DNA from: a bacterium
GTDB taxonomy: Bacteria; JADJOY01
DNA length: 64,000 nucleotides
Direction of reading: 5' to 3'
Assembly (NCBI GenBank): GCA_046331705.1
Contig: JAXLQJ010000035.1
Location: 1 to 64,000, forward strand
The position numbers and the translations under genes were made by a program. The notes below the pieces were generated by a model. The model did not search any database. It was not told the DNA's origin and worked only from the letters and a program-made list of their open reading frames with translations. This document shows positions 1 to 9,452 of this stretch, one piece after another (the first letter of the stretch is position 1; each line of letters begins with the position of its first letter).

Positions 1-278
1 TGCGCCTCGAGCTGCAGGCCGATTGCTTGGCCGGCGTGTGGGCGCACCACGCGCAGCGAGCGCGCGGCATCCTGGAAGCGGGCGACGTGGACGAGGGGCT
101 ACGCGCCGCCAGCGCCATCGGCGACGACCGCCTGCAGATGCGCTCCCGCGGCTACGTCACGCCGGAGTCCTTCACCCACGGCACGTCCGAGCAGCGGGTG
201 CACTGGTTCCGCCGCGGCCTCGACCACGGCGAGATCGACCAGTGCAACACCCTCGACCCCGCCCAACCGCTCGGTTGA
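1..278 (+). CDS. neutral zinc metallopeptidase, YpfJ family (5'-partial)
   Basis: Frame open from the window edge: [16 protein letters not shown]...[11 protein letters not shown]...[19 protein letters not shown]...CNT, the typical C-terminal half of YpfJ. Confidence 0.9.
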   Translation, partial: RLELQADCLAGVWAHHAQRARGILEAGDVDEGLRAASAIGDDRLQMRSRGYVTPESFTHGTSEQRVHWFRRGLDHGEIDQCNTLDPAQPLG

Positions 279-387
279 GCCCGCGCCGCGGGTCGGGGCT
301 CGAACGAGCATCGATCGGCGTGGAAGCCGACCGGCGCGTGGCGGGTGCCAGGCCCGCCTGCCGATGGCGGCACCGCCGAGAAAGACG

Positions 388-741
388 TCAGAGCAGCTGG
401 TCGACGTTCTCCGGTGGTCGTCCGAGGACGGCTTGCTTGTCGTCCTTGATGACCACCGGGCGCTCGATGAGGATCGGGTTGGCGGCCATCGCCTCGATGA
501 GGGCCGCCTTGCCAGTCACCTTGGCCAGGCCGAGCTCCTTGTAGATCGGCTCGCCGGTCCGCATGAGCGCGCGCGGATCGTCGAACCCGAGCAGCGCGAG
601 CACGCGCTGGATGCGCGTCTTGGTGGGCGGATTCTTGAGGTACTCGATCACGTTCGGCGTCACGCCGGCCTTCGCGAGGCGCTCGAGCGTGGTGCGCGAT
701 TTGCCGCAGCGCGGGTTGTGCCAGATCTCGAATTTCGCCAT
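388..741 (-). CDS. arsC: arsenate reductase (glutaredoxin-type), ArsC family
   Basis: HNPRCGKSR active-site motif, IEYLKNPP, NPILIERPVV, GRPPENV. Confidence 0.9.
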   Translation of the reverse strand: MAKFEIWHNPRCGKSRTTLERLAKAGVTPNVIEYLKNPPTKTRIQRVLALLGFDDPRALMRTGEPIYKELGLAKVTGKAALIEAMAANPILIERPVVIKDDKQAVLGRPPENVDQLL

Positions 742-815
742 CGCAGCCCTCCGAAGCGCATTTTTCGCAGAGTATACCGATCGCTGGCACGCTCACCTCG
801 AGGAAGATCCCGTCG

Positions 816-2264
816 ATGAACGAGCTCTGCTTGCTCTCCGCCACCGAGCTGGCGCGACGCATCCGCACGCGCGCGCTGAGCCCGCTCGAGGTGATGGACG
901 CGCACCTGGACCGGGCGCTGGAAGTGAACGGTCGACTCAACGCGATCGTGAATCCGCTCTTCGACCAGGCCCGCGACGCCGCGCGCCGCGCCACCGAGAC
1001 CCTCGCGCGTCGTCGCGCCGGCGAGCTTCCGCCGCTCTTCGGTGTGCCGTTCACGGTGAAGGAAACCTTCGCGGTCCGCGGCATGCCCTGGACGGCGGGC
1101 ATTCACGCGCGGCGCGAGCGGGTCGCCGACGGAAACGCCACCGTGGTCGAGCGCATGCTCACCGCGGGCGCGATCCCCATCGGCACCACCAACGTTCCCG
1201 AGGCGGCGATGTGGATGGAGTCGGTGAACCCGATCCACGGGCGCACCTCGAATCCGCACGACACGCGTCGCACCCCCGGCGGATCGAGCGGCGGCGAGGG
1301 CGCGATCATCGGCGGCGGCGCCTCGCCCCTCGGCCTGGGCAGCGACATCGGCGGCTCCATCCGCATGCCGGCGCATTTCTGCGGGGTCGCCGGGCACAAG
1401 CCGAGCAGCGGGCGCGTGCCGGGCACGGGGCATTTTCCGGCGGCGCACGGCCAGGTGCGGCGCTACGCGGTGTGTGGGCCGCTCGCGCGCAGCGTCGAGG
1501 ATCTCGAGCTCGCGATGGAGATCCTGAGCGGCGGCGACGGCGCGGACGACGCCGCCGACGCACCACCGTTCCGACGGCTGGACGCCGACGGTCCACGACC
1601 GCGACGAGTGTTCTGGTACGAGCACGGGCAATTCCCGTCCACGCCGAGCATGGCCGGCGCCGTGGGGCGCGCCGCGCAGGCGCTCGCCGAGCACGGGCTG
1701 GTCGCCGAGCCGTGGCGCCCCTCGCTCCTCGACCGCGGCGTGGACATCTGGTTCGGCGCGGTGCGAGCCGCATCCTCCGAACCCTTCGGGCACGTCCTCG
1801 GTGAGGGCGAGCCCATCGGTCTGTGGCGCGAGCTCGCGCGCCTGCCGTTCGGGCGTTCCAATCACACCTGGCCCGCGCTCGCGACGGTGCTCGGCGAGGT
1901 CGTGACTCGAGGCCGCGTTCCCGCCAAGGTCCGGAGCGCGGGCGAGCTGCGTCACGCGCTGCGTGCCGAGATCGAAGCGCGCCTCGGCGACGACGGCGTG
2001 TTGATCTGTCCCGCGTTTCCACGCGTGGCACCGCGCCATCGCGCGGCGCTGCTCCGACCGCTCGAATGGATCTCGACGGGCGTGTTCAACGTGCTCGAGC
2101 TGCCCGTCACGTGCGTTCCCGCGGGTCGCGACGAGCACGACCTGCCCACCGGGATCCAGATCGTCGGCCCGTTCCTGCGCGACGACCTGACGCTGGCCGC
2201 GGCGCGCTTCGTGCAAGACTCGCTCGGCGGCTGGCGGCCCGGTCGCGGCCTCCACGCGGTCTGA
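816..2264 (+). CDS. amidase-signature family enzyme (FAAH-like)
   Basis: GVPFTVKE, TPGGSSGGEG, GSDIGGSIRMPA amidase signature. Confidence 0.9.
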   Translation: MNELCLLSATELARRIRTRALSPLEVMDAHLDRALEVNGRLNAIVNPLFDQARDAARRATETLARRRAGELPPLFGVPFTVKETFAVRGMPWTAGIHARRERVADGNATVVERMLTAGAIPIGTTNVPEAAMWMESVNPIHGRTSNPHDTRRTPGGSSGGEGAIIGGGASPLGLGSDIGGSIRMPAHFCGVAGHKPSSGRVPGTGHFPAAHGQVRRYAVCGPLARSVEDLELAMEILSGGDGADDAADAPPFRRLDADGPRPRRVFWYEHGQFPSTPSMAGAVGRAAQALAEHGLVAEPWRPSLLDRGVDIWFGAVRAASSEPFGHVLGEGEPIGLWRELARLPFGRSNHTWPALATVLGEVVTRGRVPAKVRSAGELRHALRAEIEARLGDDGVLICPAFPRVAPRHRAALLRPLEWISTGVFNVLELPVTCVPAGRDEHDLPTGIQIVGPFLRDDLTLAAARFVQDSLGGWRPGRGLHAV

Positions 2265-2269
2265 TCGCC

Positions 2270-5200
2270 ATGTCACCCATCGCGCTCGCTCAGATGCCCC
2301 AGCCGGGGCGGGGACGGCTGCTCTACGCCGGCGAGGTTCTCCACGTGGGCGTGCGCGCCCTCGGACCCGGCGACACCCCGATCGAGCTGCCCGCCAGCGC
2401 ACGCGCGTTCGTGCGCACGGATCTCAACTCGGCGCCCGAGAAGCGCCGCCACGTGATCGAGCGTCTGGACCGCGCGGCGCCGCGAATCGTGCGCGGCTGG
2501 CGCGACATCGAGCTCACGCGCACCGCCGCCGACACCTTCGCCGCGGAGCTGATCGCGTATCGTCCCGGCTACTACGAGCTCAAGTGCTTCATGGTGATCG
2601 ACGACGTCGAGCACTGGGTCGGCGGACCGAACAGCCACGCCTCGGTGCACGGCCTCAAGTGGCGCGGCGCCAACACCATCTACACCGCGTTTCCACGGCA
2701 GTTCGGCCCCACCAAGACGCTCGCCGAAGCACGCCCCTTCACCGAAAACGACCAGGCGCTGGCGCTCGAGCGCCAAGGCTTCACCGTCATCCCGCCGAGC
2801 GGCACGCTGACGGATGTGGCCCACGAGCTTCCGTTCCTGTTCCGCGAGCTCGGCGTACGCATCCTCCATCTCTTGCCCGTGCAAGAGACGCCCACCGTGT
2901 ACGCGCGCATGGGTCGCTACGGCAGCCCGTACGCCGCCACCGACCTCACCAGCGTGAACCACGCGTACTGCACGTTTCGTGTCGATCGCACGCCGGCCGA
3001 GCAGTTCGAGGAGCTCTGTGCGCGCGTGCACGCGCTCGGCGGCGACGTGATGCTCGACATCGCAGCCAACCATCTCGGCTGGGCCACCGAGCTGCTGAAC
3101 GCCCACCCCGAGTGGTTCGTGCGCCACGCCGACGGGCGCTTCCACTCGCCAGGCGCCTGGGGCGTGACGTGGGAAGACCTGGTCGAGCTCGACGACCGCA
3201 ATCCATCGCTGTGGCGCTACCTCGCCGAGAGCCTGCTCACGTGGTGCGCGCGCGGCGTCGACGCGTTCCGCTGCGACGCCGGCTACATGCTCCCCGCCGA
3301 GCTCTGGGAATACGTCACGGCCCGCGTCCACGAGGTGTTCCCGAGCACACTGTTCCTGCTCGAGGGGTTGGGCGGCCCCTGGGAGGCCACCGAGTCCATC
3401 CTCAAGATGGGCGGGATGCAGTGGGCGTACTCGGAGATCTTCCAGCAGCACGGCAACGAGATGCTGCACGGCTACCTGCGCCACCTCGATCACACCGGCA
3501 GCGAGCTGGGGATTCTCGCGAATTACGCCGAGACCCACGACAACCCGCGGCTCGCGGCAGGCGGCGAGGACCATGCGCGCATGCGGCTGGCGCTCGCGGC
3601 GCTCACCTCGCAGGCCGGCGCGTTCGGGTTCACCAACGGTGTGGAGTGGCTGGCGACCGAGCGCGTGGACGTCCACGGCTCGTCGGGTCTCAACTGGGGC
3701 GCCACGCCCAACCTCGTCGGCTGGATCCGCCAACTGAGCGACCTCACCCGTCAACATCCCGTCTTCTGGGGGACGTCACGGATCCTCCCGATCGAAGGGA
3801 TGGAGTCGGGAATTCTGGCGTTCCTGCGACAGCGCGACCGCGAAAAAGTCTTGATCCTCATCAATCTCGACGGGCGAACCCACCGAGATGGCATCCGTTT
3901 TCCTGCAAATGTCGCGATTCCCGGCGGGCATCGAACCTGCATTCTGACCCGCCGTATGCTCGACCCATCGACGACGTTTTCACTGAACCCGTTCGAGGTC
4001 ATCTGTCTCGACCTGGAACGCACTCAACCACTCGAATCCGGCGAGGCGGTCGCGCGCGCCCGACAAGTCGACGAGGAGGAGCGTCGCCTGCGCTGGATCC
4101 TCGGCGAGCTGTGGGGCGAGCGCGTCGATCTCACCGGATTCGAGCTGCTCGCCGACGCGGTTCGCCGCGAAGGTTTGCGCGGCTTGCTGGCCGCGGTCTC
4201 GCTCGGTCCGCCAGCGGACTGCGCCGAGCTCGCGCGGCGAGTCCTCGACGCGTCCGATGGTGATCGTTTCCTCGGCGTGAGCCAGTGGAGCGCGGCGCGC
4301 AGCGACCGCCTCCACGTGCTCGGCGCGAATCAATTCCTCTACATCGAGGAGGACGTGCCCTTTCGGGTGCGGTTGCGGTTCGCGCAGAGCTCCGCCGAGC
4401 TCGAGACCTTCCGGGATTTCGGCGATCGCCGCTACGTCGCGTTCGCGCTGGTGCCCGAGGGCGGCTTCCGGATCGAGCACAGCCGCCTGGATCGCCCCGC
4501 CAACGGCGACGCCGGCGCGGAGCCCGCGGACGAGCCCAAGTGGATCGCGACGCAAGGGCACGCGCTCAGCTTGCGCGCCGAGCAGAGCCCGGTGCGGTTG
4601 CGCTTCGCCCGCGACGCCATCGATCCCTCGCATCGCTTCCTGCTCACCAACGCCCGCGGCTCGTACACGCTGCTGCCGCTCTCGCCGCGCACGATCTGGT
4701 CGAAATACGACGCGCTGCTCGCCGCCAACCTGCACCCCTCCGGCCCCGACGAGCGGGTCGTGGTCGCCAAGCGGGTGCGCGCGTGGGTGGCGACGCCGAT
4801 GGTGTCGTACCCGCTCGACCGCGAGTACCTGATCGACTTCGAACGCTGGCCCGCCCCGACCTGGAGCTACCGATTCGAGCTGCCCGACGGCACGGTTCAC
4901 GTGGAGGAACGAGTGACGCTCGACGCCGAGCGCAACCTCGTCACGGTGGAGCTGCGCTGGGAATCGGAGCGCGGCGACACGCTCGAGCTCGTGGTGCGGC
5001 CGGATCTCGAGCTCCGGGGCCACCACGGCGAGACCAAGGCGCACGGCATCGATCAAGCCGCGTTCGTCGCGGCGTACCACGCGCTCGCGCCCAGCGAGGG
5101 TTGCGGCTTCCGACGCGACCTGGGCCACGGGCTCGAGCTCTGCGTCGTGGCGAGCGGCGGCGAGTTCCACGTCGAGGACGAGTGGCTGTACAACCTGCCG

Positions 5201-6595
5201 CACCCGCACGAGGCGACGCGCGGCCAGGAAGCCGCCGGCGACGCGATGAGCCCCGGGTACTTCCGCGTGCCGCTCACGCCGGGCCGCGGCGCCACGAGCG
5301 TCGCGATCTCGGTCGCCGAGGTGGCGATCGGCCGCTACCGAAACACGCCGGCGCCCGCCCCGAGCTCCACCCATCGCGACGACGATCCCGCGGAGCTGGG
5401 CGAGGTGCTGCGCGCGGCCGCGAGCCAGTTCCTGGCGAAGCGCGACGGCCGCCACACCGTGATGGCCGGCTATCCGTGGTTTCTCGACTGGAGCCGAGAC
5501 GCGCTCATCGCCGCGCGCGGTTACCTCGCCATCGGGCGCGTCGACGAAGCGTGCGACGTGGCGCTCACGTTCGCCGCCCGCGAGCGCTCCGGCACGCTGC
5601 CCAACTCGCTGATCGGTGACGCCGACGCCAACCGCGACACCTCCGACGGTCCGCTCTGGCTGACCCGCGTCATCGAGGAGCTGGCGCAGACGCTCGGCTG
5701 GCCGGCGCTCGCGGCGCGCGCGTCGCTCGCCGGCGTCGAGCTCAAGAAGGTGCTCGGCTCGATCTGCGAGAGCTACATCCACGGCACGCCGAACGGAATT
5801 CGCTGCGACGTGGCGAGCGGGCTGGTGTGGTCGCCGGCGCACTTCTCGTGGATGGACACCAACCACCCCGCGGCCACGCCCCGCGAGGGTTATCCCGTCG
5901 AGATCCAGGCCCTGTGGGTGCGCGCGCTCGAGCTGGCCGCGCGCATTCTCGAGAAGCCCGCATACGCCGAGCTGGCGGCGCGAGCGCGAGCGGCCATACA
6001 CGAGCGCTTCTGGATCGACGACCTCGGCTGGTTCGCCGATTGCCTCGCGGCGCGATCGAGCACGCCGGCGCAGCACGCCGTGCGCGACGAATCGCTGCGC
6101 CCCAACCAGCTCTGGCTGGTGTCGCTCGGCCTGGCGCGCCCGGAGCACGCCCAGCGGACGGTGATCGCGACGCACCGCGAGCTGGTGGTGCCGGCGGCGC
6201 TGCGCTCGGTGGCCAACCTGCGACTGCGCTCGTGGCCGTGGATCCCGGGCAGCACGGCGCCGGCGGGGCTCGACGTGTTCCATCCTTATCGCGGGCAATA
6301 CGTCGGCGACGAGGATTCGTCCCGCAAGCTCGCGTACCACAACGGCACCGCTTGGACGCACCTCTTGCCGATGTGGTGCGAAGCGCTGGTGACCGCGTTC
6401 CCCGAAGATCCACGCGCCGTCCATCTGGCGCGCGCGACGCTGCGCACCGCCGAGGCCGAGCTCAAGCGCGGCTGCGTGGGACAGCTCTCCGAGATCGAGG
6501 ACGGCGACTACCCACACACCCCGCGCGGCACGTGCGCACAGGCGTGGTCCGTCACCGAGTTCCTGCGAGTCCTCGCCAGGCTCGACGCCGACTGA
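2270..6595 (+). CDS. glycogen debranching enzyme: GH13 alpha-amylase-family domain fused to amylo-alpha-1,6-glucosidase (GDE_N + GH133/GDE_C)
   Basis: ATG at 2270 (MSPIALAQ). GH13 motifs GSPYA, DIAANH, FRCDAGY, LEGLGG, ETHDN. C-terminal AGYPWFLDWSRD, HFSWMD, PVEIQALW, YHNGTAW, CAQAWS. Confidence 0.85.
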   Translation: MSPIALAQMPQPGRGRLLYAGEVLHVGVRALGPGDTPIELPASARAFVRTDLNSAPEKRRHVIERLDRAAPRIVRGWRDIELTRTAADTFAAELIAYRPGYYELKCFMVIDDVEHWVGGPNSHASVHGLKWRGANTIYTAFPRQFGPTKTLAEARPFTENDQALALERQGFTVIPPSGTLTDVAHELPFLFRELGVRILHLLPVQETPTVYARMGRYGSPYAATDLTSVNHAYCTFRVDRTPAEQFEELCARVHALGGDVMLDIAANHLGWATELLNAHPEWFVRHADGRFHSPGAWGVTWEDLVELDDRNPSLWRYLAESLLTWCARGVDAFRCDAGYMLPAELWEYVTARVHEVFPSTLFLLEGLGGPWEATESILKMGGMQWAYSEIFQQHGNEMLHGYLRHLDHTGSELGILANYAETHDNPRLAAGGEDHARMRLALAALTSQAGAFGFTNGVEWLATERVDVHGSSGLNWGATPNLVGWIRQLSDLTRQHPVFWGTSRILPIEGMESGILAFLRQRDREKVLILINLDGRTHRDGIRFPANVAIPGGHRTCILTRRMLDPSTTFSLNPFEVICLDLERTQPLESGEAVARARQVDEEERRLRWILGELWGERVDLTGFELLADAVRREGLRGLLAAVSLGPPADCAELARRVLDASDGDRFLGVSQWSAARSDRLHVLGANQFLYIEEDVPFRVRLRFAQSSAELETFRDFGDRRYVAFALVPEGGFRIEHSRLDRPANGDAGAEPADEPKWIATQGHALSLRAEQSPVRLRFARDAIDPSHRFLLTNARGSYTLLPLSPRTIWSKYDALLAANLHPSGPDERVVVAKRVRAWVATPMVSYPLDREYLIDFERWPAPTWSYRFELPDGTVHVEERVTLDAERNLVTVELRWESERGDTLELVVRPDLELRGHHGETKAHGIDQAAFVAAYHALAPSEGCGFRRDLGHGLELCVVASGGEFHVEDEWLYNLPHPHEATRGQEAAGDAMSPGYFRVPLTPGRGATSVAISVAEVAIGRYRNTPAPAPSSTHRDDDPAELGEVLRAAASQFLAKRDGRHTVMAGYPWFLDWSRDALIAARGYLAIGRVDEACDVALTFAARERSGTLPNSLIGDADANRDTSDGPLWLTRVIEELAQTLGWPALAARASLAGVELKKVLGSICESYIHGTPNGIRCDVASGLVWSPAHFSWMDTNHPAATPREGYPVEIQALWVRALELAARILEKPAYAELAARARAAIHERFWIDDLGWFADCLAARSSTPAQHAVRDESLRPNQLWLVSLGLARPEHAQRTVIATHRELVVPAALRSVANLRLRSWPWIPGSTAPAGLDVFHPYRGQYVGDEDSSRKLAYHNGTAWTHLLPMWCEALVTAFPEDPRAVHLARATLRTAEAELKRGCVGQLSEIEDGDYPHTPRGTCAQAWSVTEFLRVLARLDAD

Positions 6596-6688
6596 CGCCG
6601 CGCAGCGCCGCTGGGTCGCGCAGCGCGGGCTGCGCTCGGCGCCCGTTCCCTCGATCCCGTTCGCGACGCGTGGCGGCCGGCGGAAAGG

Positions 6689-7489
6689 TCACGCAGGCCC
6701 TTTGAGATCCCGCTTCGGGCTGAGACGCGAGCCTGCCCACAGGAACAAGCGCGACGGCAGCAGGCGCAGCACGTAGGTGATCGCAGCCATCGGCCACGGG
6801 AAGCGGATCACCGGGGTGCCGCGGGCGATGCCGCGAAGGATGATCGCGGCGGCGCGATCCGTGGGCACCATGAACGGCATCGGGAACCGATTGCGATCGG
6901 TCATCGGGCTCTTCACGAACCCCGGCTCGATGGTGAGGAGGCGCACGCCTCGCGGCCAGGCGTCGATGCGCAGCGATTCGATGACCGCGGAGAGCGCCGC
7001 CTTGCTCGCCGAGTAGGCGCCGGTCTGGGTCATGGCGCGATCGCGCGCGAGCGAAGAGGTCACGGCGAGGGTGCCTCGGCCGCGCGCGAGCATCCCGGCG
7101 AGCAGCGGCTCCACGAAATGGAGCACGCCGAAGAGATTGGTCTCGAAGATGCGCCGCACCCACTCGACGGAGAAGTCCTCGAGCTTGCGCGACTCGCCGA
7201 TGCCAGCGTTGAGGATCGCGACGTCGGGCGGACCGAGCTCGCGCTCGAGTCGCGCCAGCGCGGCGTTCACGGCGCCCGGATCGGCCACGTCGCAAGCCAA
7301 CGCCAGCGCCTCCGCCCCATGGGCACGAAGCTCGATCGCGAGCGCCTCGAGCTGCTCGCGGCGGCGCGCCAGCACCGCGACGCGCGCGCCCTGGCGGGCG
7401 AGCTGGCGGGCCAGCTCGGCGCCGATGCCGCTCGACGCGCCGGTGACCAGCACCACCCGTCCGCGGAACGCGTCCTGCGGTGCGCTCAC
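6689..7489 (-). CDS. SDR family NAD(P)-dependent oxidoreductase
   Basis: GTG start overlaps the upstream TGA. VTGASSGIG, NAGI, YSASK, IEPGFVKSPM. Confidence 0.9.
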   Translation of the reverse strand: MSAPQDAFRGRVVLVTGASSGIGAELARQLARQGARVAVLARRREQLEALAIELRAHGAEALALACDVADPGAVNAALARLERELGPPDVAILNAGIGESRKLEDFSVEWVRRIFETNLFGVLHFVEPLLAGMLARGRGTLAVTSSLARDRAMTQTGAYSASKAALSAVIESLRIDAWPRGVRLLTIEPGFVKSPMTDRNRFPMPFMVPTDRAAAIILRGIARGTPVIRFPWPMAAITYVLRLLPSRLFLWAGSRLSPKRDLKGPA

Positions 7490-8001
7490 TCGCGCTTCCA
7501 GTCGAGCCACAGCGCCGCCAGGCTCGCGAGCACCATCGCGGCGAACGTCGCTGCCGTCACCAGGCTGGCGGCGAACATGAGGTAGCCGAAATGCGGTGAG
7601 ACGTAGCGGGTGCCGAACATCGAGCTCATCGTGACCGGGATCGCGATCCAGGGCTCGACGAGCAACGCCGCCTTGAGGCGGGGCGGCGTGGGAGTGAGGC
7701 TGAAGATCGCGCCCAGCGCCAGGAAGATGAACGAGAACGTGATGGTGTGATTGTGGGTCGTCTCCAGCAGCTCGCCCAGGCTCTTCGGGTAGTGCGTCTC
7801 GGTCTCGGTGGCGCCGTAGCGACTCTGGATCCCGCTCACGTTCAGGCCGGTCTTTTCCCACACGTGGGCGAGGCCGAGCGAGTAGCCGAACGAGAGCGTG
7901 AGCAGGAAACCGGTCACGAACAATCGCAGCGGGCGCGGCCACTCGCCCAGCCGGCTGCTTGGCCAGGAAGACGCGACCGAGGAAGACGAGGAGGCCGTCA
8001 T
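7486..8001 (-). CDS. 4-TM membrane protein of unknown function, with His residues in or near TM segments
   Basis: Four hydrophobic segments, LAHVW and TTHNHTITF; 4-nt overlaps with both neighbours. Confidence 0.7.
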   Translation of the reverse strand: MTASSSSSVASSWPSSRLGEWPRPLRLFVTGFLLTLSFGYSLGLAHVWEKTGLNVSGIQSRYGATETETHYPKSLGELLETTHNHTITFSFIFLALGAIFSLTPTPPRLKAALLVEPWIAIPVTMSSMFGTRYVSPHFGYLMFAASLVTAATFAAMVLASLAALWLDWKRE

Positions 8002-8675
8002 GGAGGAGCACCCGCTTCCGAGCTCGGGACGGACGGCGCGGACGGCGCGGGGCTCGCAGCCGCCGCGTCGATCGCCTTAAGCAGGAGCAGCGTCCGTTTC
8101 ACCCCTTTGGATATCGCACGCGCCGAGAGCGTGGCGCCGGAGATCGAGGTGATGTCCTTTCCCACGCGGATCGAATCCCCAGCGCTCTTGCCGTCGTATT
8201 GATCGAGAAAACCGCGCGCACGCACCTCGCCGCCGTGCGATTCCCGGTAGACCAGCAGCTCCACGCGCACCACCTCGCCCTTGTCGTCGACCGCGACCAG
8301 GTACGTGATCGGGCGGTATTTCCCGACGTCGTCGTTGAGGACGGCGCGCCCCACGAGACGCTCGGCGCCGCCCTCGGCGACGAACGCGCGACGCACCTCG
8401 ACGTTCGCCGCCGGGAACGGCTCGCCCAGTCGCTCACCCAACTCGACGCGGACCGATTCCGGCACCGCGACGGTCGCGACGTCGAATCGGGTGGCCGCCG
8501 GGAACGCGAGCTTCATCGCCTCGTCCGCCGTGAGATAGACGGTGACGTCGTCCGCGGCTCGCGCCGAACCGCCGATGCCGACGAGCGCAACGACGCAGAG
8601 CAGCCACCGCCGGACGTCGGCGCGCGCCGCACCGGGCGGCACGGGAAGCCGCGCGGGCACGCGCCGCTCAGGCAC
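7998..8675 (-). CDS. secreted FMN-binding domain protein
   Basis: Signal-like LLCVVALVGIGGSARA; GKYRPITYLVAV, VELLVYRESHGGEV, flavinylation-type motif ISGATLS. Start uncertain (8675 or 8705). Confidence 0.85.
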   Translation of the reverse strand: MPERRVPARLPVPPGAARADVRRWLLCVVALVGIGGSARAADDVTVYLTADEAMKLAFPAATRFDVATVAVPESVRVELGERLGEPFPAANVEVRRAFVAEGGAERLVGRAVLNDDVGKYRPITYLVAVDDKGEVVRVELLVYRESHGGEVRARGFLDQYDGKSAGDSIRVGKDITSISGATLSARAISKGVKRTLLLLKAIDAAAASPAPSAPSVPSSEAGAPP

Positions 8676-9156
8676 GAATCTGCTGGGCGAGGTAGGCGCC
8701 CTCACCGAGCTTCTCGATCAGCTCGAGCTGGGTCTCGAGCCACTCGGTGTGCTCTTCCTCGGCCTCGAGAATCGACTCCAGCAAGGCCGCGGTGGTGTGG
8801 TCGCCCGCCGCTCGACAGGCGCCGATGCCGGCGCGCAATCGCGGCGCCGCCTCGTGCTCGAGCGCCAGGTCCGAGCGCAGCTGCTCGACGACCGTTTCAC
8901 CGATTCGCACGCGGCCGATCCGCTGCACGTTCGGCAGGCCCTTGAGAGTCAGGATCCGGTCGATCAGCGAATCCGCGTGCCGCATCTCGTCCATCGATTC
9001 CGCGCGGACCTTGGACGCGAGCGCCGGGAATCCCCAATGCGCGCACATCTTCGCGTGCAAGAAATACTGATTGGTCGCGGTGAGCTCACCGGTCAGCACG
9101 TCGTTGAGGATGTCGACGATCGTCATCGGCGAGTCGGGCTCGGGCTTCTTGCTCAT
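8668..9156 (-). CDS. bfr: bacterioferritin
   Basis: ELTATNQYFLHA, ESMDEMRHAD (heme Met, ferroxidase E/H), EEEHTEWLETQL. Confidence 0.95.
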   Translation of the reverse strand: MSKKPEPDSPMTIVDILNDVLTGELTATNQYFLHAKMCAHWGFPALASKVRAESMDEMRHADSLIDRILTLKGLPNVQRIGRVRIGETVVEQLRSDLALEHEAAPRLRAGIGACRAAGDHTTAALLESILEAEEEHTEWLETQLELIEKLGEGAYLAQQIRA

Positions 9157-9431
9157 GGGCTTCTCCGTCGCGACTCACGATCGTGCGCGTTGCGCGGCTG
9201 GCGCCGCCCGCTCGACTCGTCGTCGCGCCACATCTTGTCCGGGGTGAATCGCGGATGTGAAGGCGACGAGCCGGCCAAGAGCGCGCTCAGCTCGGGCTTG
9301 CACGAGCCGCAATCGTCGCCCGCGCCGCAGCGGCGTGCCAGCTCGCCCAGGCTCGTGGCGCCGCGCTCGATCTCCGCGCGGATGCGCTGCTCCGTCAGTG
9401 CATGGCACGAGCAGACGACCACGTCGATCAC
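9153..9431 (-). CDS. bfd: bacterioferritin-associated [2Fe-2S] ferredoxin
   Basis: VCSCHAL...GAGDDCGSC four-Cys pattern, directly upstream of bfr. Confidence 0.9.
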   Translation of the reverse strand: MIDVVVCSCHALTEQRIRAEIERGATSLGELARRCGAGDDCGSCKPELSALLAGSSPSHPRFTPDKMWRDDESSGRRQPRNAHDRESRRRSP

Positions 9432-9452
9432 CCGGACGCCGAGCTCGAATCG

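Noticed and set aside
388-741. Arsenic-resistance operon
   Set aside because: The arsC-like gene is solitary, the ArsB/NhaD permease is ~60 kb away, and there is no arsR
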